From Octopus bimaculoides (Eukaryota): 41,229 nt of DNA. Below the pieces are notes generated by a model, which saw nothing but the letters and a program-made list of their open reading frames with translations, was not told the DNA's origin and ran no database searches. The stretch spans positions 42,203,290 to 42,244,518 of the forward strand of contig NC_068987.1 in NCBI RefSeq assembly GCF_001194135.2, written 5' to 3'. Position numbers and translations under genes: made by a program. Below, piece by piece: positions 1-12,606 of this stretch. Within the stretch, counting starts at the first letter, position 1. Every line of letters starts with the position of its first letter.

Positions 1-1356
1 AGAGGGAGCCTCGATCGGCGTTCGTGCCCTTTTCGAACGGGGCTGCGGTCAGGACAAGACGTGTTAAGCGACGGTCTAGGTTTGGGAAGGTTTGGGAGAA
101 GCAGCTGCTATACCTGGTGTACCTTGGGTCGGGGCAAGCTTCAAGGATCGGATACCGCAAGACGGACTTGCAGTCGAGGAAAGGAAAACCGAGGTAAGGC
201 GATTACATCTACTCGTACGCACACACCACACGGAGGACATCATTTCTCAGGTCTACTCCCTCCACGACGGTATGGTGGATAGGGTATGCCATCAAAATGA
301 CCTCACAGACTCATTTCCCATCACTGGGGGTCTGCTAGAAATAGCAGCCAAATCTTTGGAAGTGAGCTACATTGAATGCACTCAAAAAAATCCTATGGAA
401 AAAAATTATTTAACACCAAAGTTATGAATGGGTCTTTTACAAAATATTTACTGTCTTTTAAAGTCATTTTTCACCTTAAAATATTTTTTAAATATGCCAA
501 AAAATTTTTGTAATGGTATTCACTTGAAAATAGTTTTAAAAATATTGTACAAACAAATTACATTTTTGAAATCACATTCACTTAAAAATATTTCTAAATG
601 ATTAAAATGCTGTGTTTAACAAAAGTGAAAATAGAAACATTTACTGTAAAAAAAATTGTATTGTTTCGTTGTCAAGTCACTGTGCCTAATCGAAAAGTAA
701 GTTTTTCCCCTTTCAGGATTAAATTATTTTTGGAATGTTTTTGGATTATGCACCATTTTGGGTATTTATACCCCGCAAACTCCTAATATCTCAAAAATGC
801 TTGTCTGATTTACATGAAACTTGTTTTATTCTGTTCGTATTAACATTTCAAGGGAAACTTAATTCATAGTATTTTCCCATTATGTGCCAGTTTGGCTGGG
901 AAACATTGCAAGTACGCAAGATTCAAGCTGACTTTTAATGTATCATAGATATACACACACATATCAAATACATATATATATGTATGTATGTATGTATATA
1001 TATATATATTACCTACAATGCATCATTATATTCATACATAAGCACACACACTGAGCTGTTTGTTCATCAGATACTTATTGCTCAAAGATAAATTTGATGG
1101 GGGTTTTTTTTCCTAGGTTTACTATTTTAACAGATAGGAGCATTATTATCTGTAACCTTAGAAAGCAAACTTGAGTAGCTCAACAGAAATAACTTTTAGG
1201 TATATCCTAATCTTGAAAGTGCTCATTATTATAGAATATTGGAATACGTGAGAATAACAGAATATCTCCTTCACACACATATTTTTACATATAAAATTGC
1301 ATTGTTATAATTTTAATTAATAGCTTCACAAATATTCATCTATTTATTAGATAGAA

Positions 1357-1389
<33 letters not shown>

Positions 1390-2011
1390 NNNNNNNNNNN
1401 NNNNNNNNNNNNNNNNNNNNNNNNNNNNNNNNNNNNNNNNNNNNNNNNNNNNNNNNNNNNNNNNNNNNNNNNNNNNNNNNNNNNNNNNNNNNNNNNNNNN
1501 NNNNNNNNNNNNNNNNNNNNNNNNNNNNNNNNNNNNNNNNNNNNNNNNNNNNNNNNNNNNNNNNNNNNNNNNNNNNNNNNNNNNNNNNNNNNNNNNNNNN
1601 NNNNNNNNNNNNNNNNNNNNNNNNNNNNNNNNNNNNNNNNNNNNNNNNNNNNNNNNNNNNNNNNNNNNNNNNNNNNNNNNNNNNNNNNNNNNNNNNNNNN
1701 NNNNNNNNNNNNNNNNNNNNNNNNNNNNNNNNNNNNNNNNNNNNNNNNNNNNNNNNNNNNNNNNNNNNNNNNNNNNNNNNNNNNNNNNNNNNNNNNNNNN
1801 NNNNNNNNNNNNNNNNNNNNNNNNNNNNNNNNNNNNNNNNNNNNNNNNNNNNNNNNNNNNNNNNNNNNNNNNNNNNNNNNNNNNNNNNNNNNNNNNNNNN
1901 NNNNNNNNNNNNNNNNNNNNNNNNNNNNNNNNNNNNNNNNNNNNNNNNNNNNNNNNNNNNNNNNNNNNNNNNNNNNNNNNNNNNNNNNNNNNNNNNNNNN
2001 NNNNNNNNNNN
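1390..2011. other. Assembly gap (N run)
   Basis: Run of N flanked on the left by (TA)n. Confidence 0.99.
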
Positions 2012-2088
2012 GGTTGGCGTTAGAAAGAACATCCAGCTGTAGAAACACTGCTAGCTTTAAAGAAAAAAAACCTGTTTTAGTGATTCAA

Positions 2089-2160
2089 AAAGGAATGATG
2101 TTTCATCAGGACAATGCACGACCCCACACTGTAAAGATCACATCACAAAAGATTGAAGAT
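2089..2160 (+). mobile_element. Mariner transposase fragment
   Basis: Translates to KGMMFHQDNARPHTVKITSQKIE; HQDNARPH is the mariner second catalytic Asp motif. Confidence 0.7.
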
Positions 2161-2619
2161 TGCGTGTGTGTGTGTGTGTGTGTGTGTGTATCTCCTCTGT
2201 ACTCATGATTAGTCCTGTCCTTACTGCCCCACTTAAGTGAATCATACAGACTAAAAGGCAAAATGCTTGTGACCTTGAGATACCTGTTGATGATACAGAA
2301 GTGTTTCCAGCATTGTGATGGACTCAAAAGAGCTTACAGAACCTCAGAGTAACTGCTGTGGTTTCTGCATGGGGCAAAGCATCTCTGTTATTTATTTCCC
2401 CTTTTGACTTATGAAACTTCATAATGTACCTTGATAGCTCTAGACAATATGTAACTGCTTGTGTTGATATATATACAAATACATATGTCCAAGTTGTGCA
2501 CATATATATGTGCATCATTGTGTGCATGTGTGTGAATGTATATGTGTGTTTATGTGTGTGTGTTGACATTTATGTGTATATGTGTGTGAATATATTCATG
2601 TGTATGTATATATATAGCG

Positions 2620-5600
2620 AGAATTTACAAAAAAAACCCAAAAGACGAAGATGGGTGTGTAAAGAACAAACAGATGTATTAGTTTAACGCTTGGGAAGTG
2701 AGAAAGTCTTTTAAGTTTTGAGCCTATGTTCTTCGACAGAAAGGAACACAGAAATAAATAGGGAGAGAAAATAGAAAGAGGTATAGTGGCTAGTGATCTA
2801 GCATGGCGAATGCCGGACAGTGGGGGTCACTCAGGAGAGCTAGGAAGAAGGGGAGATAATAAAGTAGTGGTGATCCCAAAATAAAGGTGCGCGTGCGTGT
2901 GCATGTGAGAGCATGTATGTGCAGGAGCATGCATGTGGAAGGGGGCTGGTGACATTGACGTGTGTTCATGTGCAGGTGTCTGGACGATGGTGTTGTGTGG
3001 TGGTGTTGGGGTGTGGGGGAGGCAAGAATGGGGGAAACAAGGGTTAGGTCTAAGGGATGGGGTCGGAGTGGCATGTGATGTATAGGGATAGTGGGTTGGA
3101 ATGTGTATGGGTGGGGTAACGAGGGAGTGGGTGACGATGAAGGGAGAGGGTGGAAGGGAGAAGGTGGGTAGGAGTGAAGAGAAGTAGGTGCCAGAGCAAG
3201 AGAGGAGAGGTGGGTGGAGGAAGTAAGTGTGAGAGGAAGAGAGGAGAGAGGAGGAGGGTTAGATGAAGAGAGAATGAGAGTTGAGCCCATGTGGCGCAAA
3301 GGAGCAAAGAGAAAAGATTGATCCCTGCTCATGGCAATGATGGGAGTCCAGATGGCCCCTGCGCAAGGACAGTCTGAACACAGATAGGTATTGTAAAGAG
3401 TGACTGGTAGAGTAAAAATGGCGTGAAACCGGAGTGTCGTTGCCAAATTGGATGTCTTGGAGGTGTTCCACGAACCATTCAGCCGTTTGACCGATGTATA
3501 GAGAAGGGTAGAGAGAACAGGAGATGCAGTAGATGACGTTGCTAGAAGTGCAGGTCAAGGAGGCAGTGATATGACAGGGTCAGTGATGGGTGCTTGTGAA
3601 GAGGTTGGTGCTAGAGAGATAAGGGCAAGTGTAGCAGTGTGGGTGGGAGCGGGGAAACGAGCCAGGTTGGGAGGTTGGGTTAGGGAAGAAGTTGTGGACC
3701 AAGAGGTCTTGTAGGTTGTGGGCTTGTTTGAAGGAGGGGAGAGTCAGTTAGGGAAGAAGTGCGAAGTGGAGGGGTTGGACTGCAGTCGCCTGAAGGCTCG
3801 GAGAATGGTGTGTTGGAGAGGTAGGGTGGTGGGGTGGTAGGTGAGGGGAAACGGGTGACGGCAAGGTGGGTGCATGCGGTGAGAGCAGATGCATGGTCCA
3901 TGGAATGTGCTCTGACAAGGGCAGTGTGGATAGTGGTGAGGGGATATTCACGTAGGATGAAGTGGCAAGCCATGAGTTGAAACTGAGTCTCACAGTCATG
4001 ATTGTCACTGCAAAGCCTGCGTAGATGGAGGAATTGGGAATAGGGGATGGAGAGCTTGGTGTGTTTAGGGTGGGAGGAGGAGAAATTGAGGTATGAGTGT
4101 GAGTCTGTGCGTTTGTAGTGGATGGAGGTGGTGAGAGTGGAGTGATAAATGCTGAGTGAAATGTCGAGAAAGGTGACTGAGGTGTCGGAAATAGTGCAGG
4201 AGAAGTGGAGGGCAGACGGAAAGATTTGACAAAAGAGAGGAAAGAGTTTAGATGTTCGCAGGAGAGTGAGGTTGCACCGATACAGTTTGTCAATATAATG
4301 ACCATATAGTTCAGGAGTGGGACCAATGAAACTTGAGAATATTTGGGCCTCAATGTAGCCAATAAACAAGTCCGCATAGTTGGGGCCCATTCTCATTCCC
4401 ATGGCCACTCCCGAGAACTGCTGGTAAAAATCACCCACGAATGAGAAGTTGTTAAGTGAGGACAAGTTCTGCCAGACGAAGGAGTGTGGACGTGTCAGGT
4501 TGGTGGTTGGGATGAAGGTCAAGAAAATGCTGGAGTGCATGCAGCCCCTTGTGGTGAAGGATCACCGTGTATAAACTCTTGATGTCAAGAGTGAAAAGAA
4601 GTTTAGAGGGGCCAAGAGGGAAGGAGAAAGAGTTGAACAAACGAAGAGCATGGTTGGTATCATGGATGTGAGAGGGCAGGAAAGCCACTAGGAGGCAAGG
4701 ACACAGTCAAGATATCTGGAGATGAGTTCGGTGGGGCAGTTGCGGGCAGAGACGATGGGGTAACCAGGGTTGTTAGGTTTGTGGATGTTGGGGAGGAAGT
4801 AAATCGTGGAAGTATGAGGGGTGTGGACAATGAGGTTAGAGGCGGTGGGGGGAGACGGGAGGAGGAGATGAGGTTATGGATAGTGGAGGACAGTCTGTTG
4901 GTAGCTGGGCGTGGGGTTGGAGGGCAGTAGAAGGAGATGTCTTGAAGTTGGCGGAGAGTTTCCACGTTGTAGAGGTCCGCGTACCACACCACCATGGCTC
5001 CACATTTGTCGGCCGGTTTTATGATGATGTCCATGTGGCGTTGGAGACATCGAAAGGCTGAGAGTTCAGCTGGAGAGATGTTCAGATATCGGGGATGCTG
5101 TGAAAAGTCAAACCGGTCCACAGCATGCTGGCAGGTACTCACAAACAGATCAACTGCTTGTAACTGGCCAGGAGCTGGCATCCACTGGGATGGTCGGCGG
5201 CCCAGGTCACTGAAGCAGTCTTCCTCATTAGATGCAAGTGGAGTGTCGCAGAAAAGTGTACACAACCTAACACAGTGCACAAAGCTGTGGATATCGGCAC
5301 AAGTCCGAAATTCATTGCTGGATGGAGTGAGGGGGATGAAGAGCAGACCCCCTACCGAGGAGGGAGTCCTCCACCTCAGAGAGGGGAAGATCTGGAGGAA
5401 TGGTAACAACAGACTGAAGTGGAGAAGTGGGTGGATGGGACAGAAGTAGGTGGGGTGGTGGAAAGTTGGGAGGGGAGATGAGGGTTATGTGGGTGGGGGG
5501 TTTGGAGGGATGGCGGGGTTTAGTGAGGATGGGAGCGTATCAGGGAGGGAGAGAGGTAGGGGAGGACTTGGGGTAGTGACATCAGCTGTGATGGAATGGA

Positions 5601-6450
5601 GGAGTGAGTGGAGTTTACATTGTTTGGTGTGAGCGAGAAATTGATGAAAGAGATGATTTAAATGAATTATGTAACGTAAAATTGTGTTAGCATGGGAGGG
5701 TGACTGAGAGGTGAAGAAGATGGAAAAAGCCAGAGGGAGAAGGTGGTTGATGGTGTGTATTTTGGAGAGATTAGAACAAATGGTGGCATGCATAAGGCGG
5801 TAGGATGTAGTGCAGATTATGTGTAGGATGGTTGAAGGAGAGTGGGGTGGAAATGGAGGCGGAAACCTCTAGGGATGAGGCGGTGATGAAGGCAGTGACT
5901 GAGAAATGAAAGGTGACTGCAGAAGCGTGTTTTTTTGAGGAGGAGGGAGTATAAAGTTGAAAGCAGTGGAAAGGAAGTGTGGAAAGGTGGTTTTTAGGTG
6001 GTGGTGAAGGTGGAGGAGAAAAGGTTTGTAATTGGGCATGATTGAAAAATGAGAAGAAAAGAGAGAGAAAGGAGAAAAAAGGAAAAAAAGAGGGGGGAGA
6101 GAGAAAGGCAATAGAGAAGTGAGGAGGAAAAATTCAAAACATGTGGGGAGAAGGCATGAGGAGAAAAAATGCAAATGGCATGAGGAGAAAAAAAATACAA
6201 GAGGTGAGAGGAGAAGAAAAAATAAAAACAAGGAGAGAAAGAAGGAGGAAGAAGAAACAAAGAGAAAGGGGAAGAAAGGGAAAAGAAAAGACAAAACGGA
6301 AAAAGAAAGGGAGGGAGGGAGAGGCAAGGTAACAAGTGTGGACTGAGAGAAGCAACAGTAGGAAAAAGCAGAAAGTACAAAAAGGTTTAGAAAAGTTCAA
6401 AAGGTTCAAATGTTGTGGTGTATTGGAGTGATTTCTCATCAAAGGAAGAG
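2620..6450 (-). mobile_element. Penelope-like retroelement (Neptune-like), near full length, frameshifted
   Basis: Minus-strand ORF pieces in order: IIIKPADKCGAMVVW, FTLDIKSLY, YQQFSGVAMGMRMGPNYADLF...YGHYID (RT), FLDISL..IHYKRTDSHSYLNFSSSHP (thumb), TCTSSNVIYCISCSLYPSLYIGQT..HL..PVSRHF (Cys-containing GIY-YIG endonuclease). Probable ATG at 6039. Confidence 0.9.
2708..2743 (-). ncRNA. Degenerate minimal hammerhead-like motif at the PLE 3' end
   Basis: Minus strand reads CTTT-CTGTCGA-A-GAAC-ATAG-GCTC-AAAA-CTT-A-AAAG: type I hammerhead layout with several core and stem mutations. Confidence 0.5.
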
Positions 6451-6499
6451 TTCAGTGTAATCCATGGGTAGGAGAGGTGCAGCTGAAGTGTAGGAGAGT

Positions 6500-6700
6500 A
6501 GAAGAAAGTCCAGGGAAAATAATCCAAGCATCAATTTCAGTCTTCTGCTTCCCATCACTCATGATTATGATCCCAAGATTCTTAAATTTTTCCACTTGTC
6601 TCAGTGATGTTGTACTGATATGCTGAGTGCACAGGGAAGACTTTCTTGAGAGGACCAGTATCTCAGTCCTCAGACCCAGCACTCAGCATCAGACCCATTC
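6500..6700 (-). mobile_element. Decayed RTE-type LINE fragment
   Basis: LRQVEKFKNLGIIIMSDGKQKTEIDAWI resembles the RTE RT motif VEKFKYLG..DG....EID.RI. Confidence 0.45.
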
Positions 6701-7929
6701 AATATATGCAAGAGATGAGCCAAGAATCCCCATGTCATTTGCAAATATTAGTCAACTAATCCTACACCCACAGATAATGATACTACTTCCAAAATGGTTG
6801 CACATATCAATCCAGTTCTTAAACATTAGGAAGAGTAGAGGCAACTGCATGTACCTCTGCCAAAGTCCAACACCCATATTCAACTTTGCACCATCTACCT
6901 GAGCACACACATTTGGTCATTCATAAATGGATTTCATGGCAACCAGGAGTAGCCTGTCAATCCTAAACTTCTGCAAAACCCCCCAATGTATGATGTACTT
7001 GCAATATCTACACTGGGCCTTCTTTCAGTCTAAGCTTCTGGTGGTAAACACTCTTGCCAGTGCAAATATAGTTGGCACCACACCTGAATAGTAGAATTTC
7101 TACTCTCCATCCAAATCTATGCTGCTAGAGCCACAGAACCTTGTAGAGGAAACACCAGTTGTATGTAGCTGGTAGCATTTGGCCTCCTCCACTAGCTCCT
7201 CGCTCCTTACCCATAAGAGTTGTGACATTCCAATTTCCAATCACTTGGACTTGATGTGTGGTCTTGGGGCATGCATTCTTTTTACTCCCACCTCATGTCT
7301 CCCAGGACAGCTTACTGGCTTATTGCTGGTTGTTCTGGCATTGGATAGAGAGTGCAATATATTTTTCTGCTGGATCCTTCAACCTAAGATCTAAACATGC
7401 TCCTTGTTAATCCCCGAACCCTTTTCCCATTGTTTGTGGTGGTTTTATTTATGCCAGGCACCATACTGGCATTTGTATAGAATCCGCGAATCCATTATAT
7501 GAAATGAATTTAAATCCTACTTTGCATCCATTCTAGGTCGATAAAGGGAAGTACGAGCAACGTTCTAAAATTGTTAAAACGATTATACCCTGTCTCATAA
7601 TTCCCGATATTATACTATCAGAATTCGCAATATATAATGCGAAAGAATAATAATTTTTTATGTATGTTTTGTTTTTTAAATTCGGTTTCTAATTATGTTG
7701 AAAAATGATAAAACAAAAAAAAAAATTTTTAATAAAACATCGTATACATAAAGAGCTGGATACATCTATATCTGTGTGTATGTATCTTTTTGTTGTTTTT
7801 ATTACATACATTTATGTGTGTGTGTGTGTGTGTTGTCTATAATGTTTTTGTTATATATGTATACACATGCATACATATAGGTGAGTGAGATTGTATATGC
7901 GTGCTGCATAATAGCGGCTTATTGCGTAG

Positions 7930-8111
7930 TGGTTGATAAGGAGGAAGTAATGTTGGCGGGACATTTTTCGCTCAACACCGCTATAAGAAGCCATCACTGA
8001 ACAATTTATAGTGGCACTTAATGACGACTCAACAGGATTGGATTCATTTTGTAAAACAATAATTATTTTATAAATAATATTCTAAACCAAACCCAGTCGG
8101 AAAATGAGCTG
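7930..8111 (+). promoter_or_regulatory. Candidate CpG-rich promoter / non-coding first exon of the zyg-11 gene
   Basis: Non-repetitive, relatively CpG-rich sequence ending at a consensus donor CTG|GTAAGT (GT at 8112). The start coordinate is a guess. Confidence 0.35.
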
Positions 8112-8936
8112 GTAAGTGAAGTGGGGAAAATAAGATATTTAAATTATTTTGATAATTTTTTCCCCAAGTTGTAATTTTATTATTTACTATTGTTGATTTT
8201 CTTTTAAAAACAGTTTATCTGCTGTGTGAGCAAATCTTCCAATCAGCTGTTATGTAACGTCGCTTTAATAATGATAATAATTTCTAACATAGTTACAAGG
8301 CCTGAGATTTGGTAATGATTTCTTACATTGGCACACGGCCACGATTTTGGGAGGAGGGAGTATATGATATTTAATCGATGCTAACCTAATACTTGACTGT
8401 TACATATGTCATTGATGACTGAGGGTTGGTAAGGAAAGGCGACCCCAGCGAGACTTTAAAAAGAGAAAGAAGACAGAGACATACTTAATTGACTAAATGC
8501 ATCATCGACTACGAAGAAAGCTATTGAAAAACTAATTTCTTTGTGTAGGCCGTTAAAGATACAAATAGTCTTATGTAAAATAACAAGAATAAATCAACCA
8601 ACCACACGATTTCAGCCATTCTCTCTCTCTCACTTTCCCTCTCTGTAATTATAGCATGTTGTAGCAATTGTAAATGACAAATATGTGTGTGTATGTATGT
8701 ATATATATATATAGGTGTGTGCTTTGATGCGATACACTTTAGCAAATTTTTTTTTATTCGGGTCCGGTAAAACATCCCACTCCAAAATTCTTGTTATATT
8801 AACTGTAATCGAAGCAAGGACAGGCTAGATTGTTGTGGAATGGAGTCGTATAATATGTAATAAAGACAAAACCAAATGTTGATATTTTGATATTCTGTTA
8901 AGAAGCTGCTGTGATTGCTTCTAAGTTGAGGGGTAG

Positions 8937-8979
<43 letters not shown>

Positions 8980-10371
8980 TAACTGAATTTATTAAATGCG
9001 CAGGCTGTTTTTCTCTCGTGCATTTTTATTCTGTACAATAAATACAAACTTCCAACAAACAAGATATGATCCCACTTCTTGATTTTTTTATTTATTTATT
9101 GTCTAATTTTTCTGAAAACCTTATCTTCACATATCTCTTAATTAATCACAAGATTCATGCATAAGTAAAAACAATTGCCGTTATTATAACCAGTCAAGTG
9201 CTGGCATCGATTATATCCCTCCCCCTACAACCAATATTCAATGTTTGGCTTTATGTTTCTATTAGAATATCTTAATCATTATGTTAGGTCTCATTATAAA
9301 GACGATTGACTTAAGGGTTTCAGGTATCTTGTAATTCGTAACTTGATGTTTTGGTTTCAAATTGCACAGCCGTCAACTGACATTGTCTTTTAGGCAATTT
9401 AGGGTCGATAAAATAAGTGTCGTCAACTATAGTAGGTTCGATCATATCGTCTAAACCCTGTTCTTGCATCCAAGAATTCAATATATTCGAACGATGTCGG
9501 ATATTGACTTTTACATATTCTGCTAATTTCCCGTGACAAAATGTGTGTGATACTGAGGTGGATTTAATCGACATAAAACTTAACTTTAATAAAGCCCAAA
9601 TGTCTATTTTAAGCAACTGGAAATTTTCTCTTTATTATTATCGCTAAGACGTAAAGAGACATCGTAAACGACAGTTCGATTCCTATCGATGTTCATCAAA
9701 CACATACATATTCACACACATACACACACACACGTGTATAAGACGTTCTTGAAAACATTATATGCTAAAATCAAGGGACTCAATACATAGTCAAAAATTA
9801 TCTTAAGATGGTTGACAATGACTTCGAACTTTCACTAAAATTTGGCTTTTCAAATTGTTCCATTTAAGACAGGATAAACAAAAATTTGATTGTCACTTAT
9901 AATGATTCACTTAGGTGTATGACTATCACTAAAAAAAATCATTGGTTAGTTGTTTCCATTCATTACATCGCTGTATACTACATCTTTCTTTGACGCAGCC
10001 ACAAACACGCGTGTCTATTGACACTGAAATACACGTACATTCTCTAACGATACTCTCACTCTCGCGCGCAGTCTCTATTGACAAGCACACAAATTCTATA
10101 TTCACACGCGCACACACCTCTATTGACACAGGCACACACTCATACACGCTTCTTTACTGGTGCAGTTACACACCCTGCTTGTAACACAGGCACACGCCTC
10201 TATCGTCTATTGACGCTGACACACAGACACACATCTTTTGTCAATGCAAACACACGCATACATCTCTGTTGAGATACACTCTCCTCTACTGTTAGTAACA
10301 CACACACACACACGCATTTCTCCGTTGGTGCTTACACTCATTTTTTTGTTGGTACTTATACATACACGTAG

Positions 10372-11505
10372 GGGCTGGCGTGACTATGAGGTAGGAAGCA
10401 TGCTTCGCAACTGCATGGTTCCATGTTCAGTCCCACTGTGTGGCTCCTTGGTCAAGTGTCTTGTAAGTGGATTTGATAGACGGAAACTGAAAGAAGCTCG
10501 TTGTATATATATTATCATCATCATTTTCATTTAGCGTATGTTGTACATGCTGGCATTGGTTGGATGGTTTGACCAGGGTTAGTAAGCTGAGGGGCTGCAT
10601 CAGACTCCAGTCTGATTTGGCAAAGTTTCTACGGCTGGATGCCCTTCCTGATACCAACCACTCCGAGAGTGTAATGGGTGCTTTTACATGCCACCGGCAT
10701 AGGTGCCAGTTTGTGTGACACCAGTATCTACCACAACTATGATTTCACTTGACTTGATGGGTGCTTCTCAAGCACAGCATATTGCCAAAGGCCCAGTGCT
10801 TGAAAGGTACTTTTTACGTGCCACTGGCATGGGTGCTAGTTGCGTGACACCAGCATTGACCATATTGCCTCGGTGAGGTCCAACGCTTGAAATGTGCTTC
10901 TTATGTGCCAGTTACATGACACTGACAAAAGTCACAGCTATGATTTCACTTGACTTGACAGGTCTTCTCAAGTACAGCATATCGCCAAAGGTTTCAGTTA
11001 CTAGTCATTGCCTCTGTGAGGCCCAATGTTTGAAGATCATGCTTCACCACCTCATCTCATGTCTTCTTAGGTCTCCCTTTTTCACAGCTTCCTTCCACTT
11101 GTAGAGCTTAGCTCTTATTCACACAACTGCCCACATCCATATGCATCACATTTCCATACCAATTCAGTTGTCTCGCTTGCACATCACATCTGATGCAGCT
11201 TATGCTCAGCTTTTCTCACAAGATACCTACATGCACACTGACATTGCACATTCTGTGAAGCATACTAGCTTAATTTCTTTCAATTGCACATCCAGTGTTA
11301 GTGTTTGTCCCCACATCACTGCTTGACAACCAGTGTTGGTGTGTTTCTGTCTATGTAACTTAGTGGTTCAGCAAAAAAGACTGATAGAATAAGTACCAGG
11401 TTGAAAAAATAATTCCCTTGGTCGAGTTGTTTGACTAAAAACCTTTCAAGGTGGTACTCCAGCATGGCTGCAGTCAAATGACCGAAAGAAGTAAAAGAAT
11501 AAATG
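10372..11505 (+). mobile_element. tRNA-derived SINE split by an RTE insertion
   Basis: Head (GTTCAGTCCCACTG...GACGGAAACTGAAAGAAGC) at 10372-10505; 3' half (CTTGACAACC..GTAACTTAGTGGTTC..GATAGAATAAGTAC..GCAGTCAAATGAC) resumes at ~11301. Same family as 21134-21470. Confidence 0.75.
10510..11300 (-). mobile_element. 5'-truncated RTE LINE 3' end
   Basis: (CAT)n tail, the CATGCTGGCAT..GGATGCCCTTCCT 3'UTR shared with 39831-40550, and a decayed RT C-terminus. Confidence 0.7.
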
Positions 11506-11639
11506 AATATGTGCACTTTTCCAGGTGCTTTGCCCATGGCGTTTGTCCTCGGAGAGAGGTGGGCATTGATGTAGTTGATGTTCCTCTTAAACTACTGAAA
11601 ATTGTAGGCAAAGCATCAGCTAAATGGGAATTTCCAGAG

Positions 11640-12250
11640 GGTTGATATTCTAATAAAGAAGAATTGGTTATGTTGACAGGGAGAACATAATATGGGTGAT
11701 GTAAGGAGGAAAGGCAAGCCTGCTCCAAGGATTTGAGCCCACTTTAGTAATAGTAAATGAGAAAATGTAAGGGCCAAATAACAGAGTGTGTTGGAGAGTA
11801 ACTCCATGATGGTCATGTGGCCATTTCAAGATGTGGTCTTGAATATCTGTATTTGCAGTAGCATTGTCCCAGGTACAGAAGCAATATTCCATTATTGGTT
11901 TCAATTGATCCCTATAGACAGTTAGCAGCTGTTGGGAGCTGGAGTATTTTCTGAAGAAGTGTTTGTGATGTTGAGTATGTGCATTCACTTAGAAGTGTCA
12001 TACTTTAATCTGGTCTTATAACTACTGTATGCTACACTGTGTTATGCAGTGGTTTAGCACATGGAATACATTGAAGCAATTGAAACATGTTACATCTTCA
12101 CTTGGTGAACTTTGTAGAGGGTTAGCAGTTGTAGGTTGAAATATTTTCTGGTCTTGAAGGGGAAGACCTGTCTTAGGGATGCAGTTTTTGCTGTGTATGA
12201 AATCACCAGGAAAGTTCATCAATGATTATGTGGCCTTTGAAGGTTTTAGT
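11640..12250 (-). mobile_element. Decayed CR1-group LINE RT C-terminal fragment
   Basis: QLLTVYRDQLKPIMEYCFCTWD resembles LL.LYKA.IRP.MEYC..IW. Confidence 0.55.
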
Positions 12251-12461
12251 TGTGTGTTGTAGCCCCCAAATAGAAGTAGTGTGATACAAGTGTAAAGTAA
12301 AGACTCCACCCTGTTTGATCATGATTGGGAACAAGTCCAGGTAAGGCTGTTTATTGAAGACCAGCTGTTGCCCATGCATACCAGCCTCCCCTCCCCACAC
12401 CACCGATATTATCCAAGGGAAAGGTAAAGGCCAATACAGCTTGGCACCAGTGACATCACAA

Positions 12462-12606
12462 CTCATTTCTACAGCTGAGTGAACTGGAGCAATGTGAAAT
12501 AAAGTGTCTTACTGAAGAACACAACACACAACCTAGTCTGGGAATTGAACTCACTACCTTATGATTGTGAGCCCGACAGTCTAACCATTGAACCATGTGC
12601 CTTCGC
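12462..12606 (-). mobile_element. tRNA-derived SINE (second family)
   Basis: Minus strand has A-box-like GGTTCAATGGTTAG and B-box-like GAGTTCAATTCC, then GTGTTGTG..AAGACACTTTATTTCAC..GCTCCAG. Confidence 0.65.

Noticed and set aside
1340-2048. Long ORFs across N runs (also 28991-29698 and 30179-30427)
   Set aside because: Artefacts of translating gaps.
5869-6442. F/L/S-rich and K/R/E-rich ORFs
   Set aside because: Translations of a low-complexity purine/pyrimidine tract at the PLE 5' end.
8521-8618. Hydrophobic MAEIVWLVDLFLLFYIRLF.. peptide on the minus strand
   Set aside because: Short, no in-frame donor and no homology; compatible with chance in AT-rich DNA.
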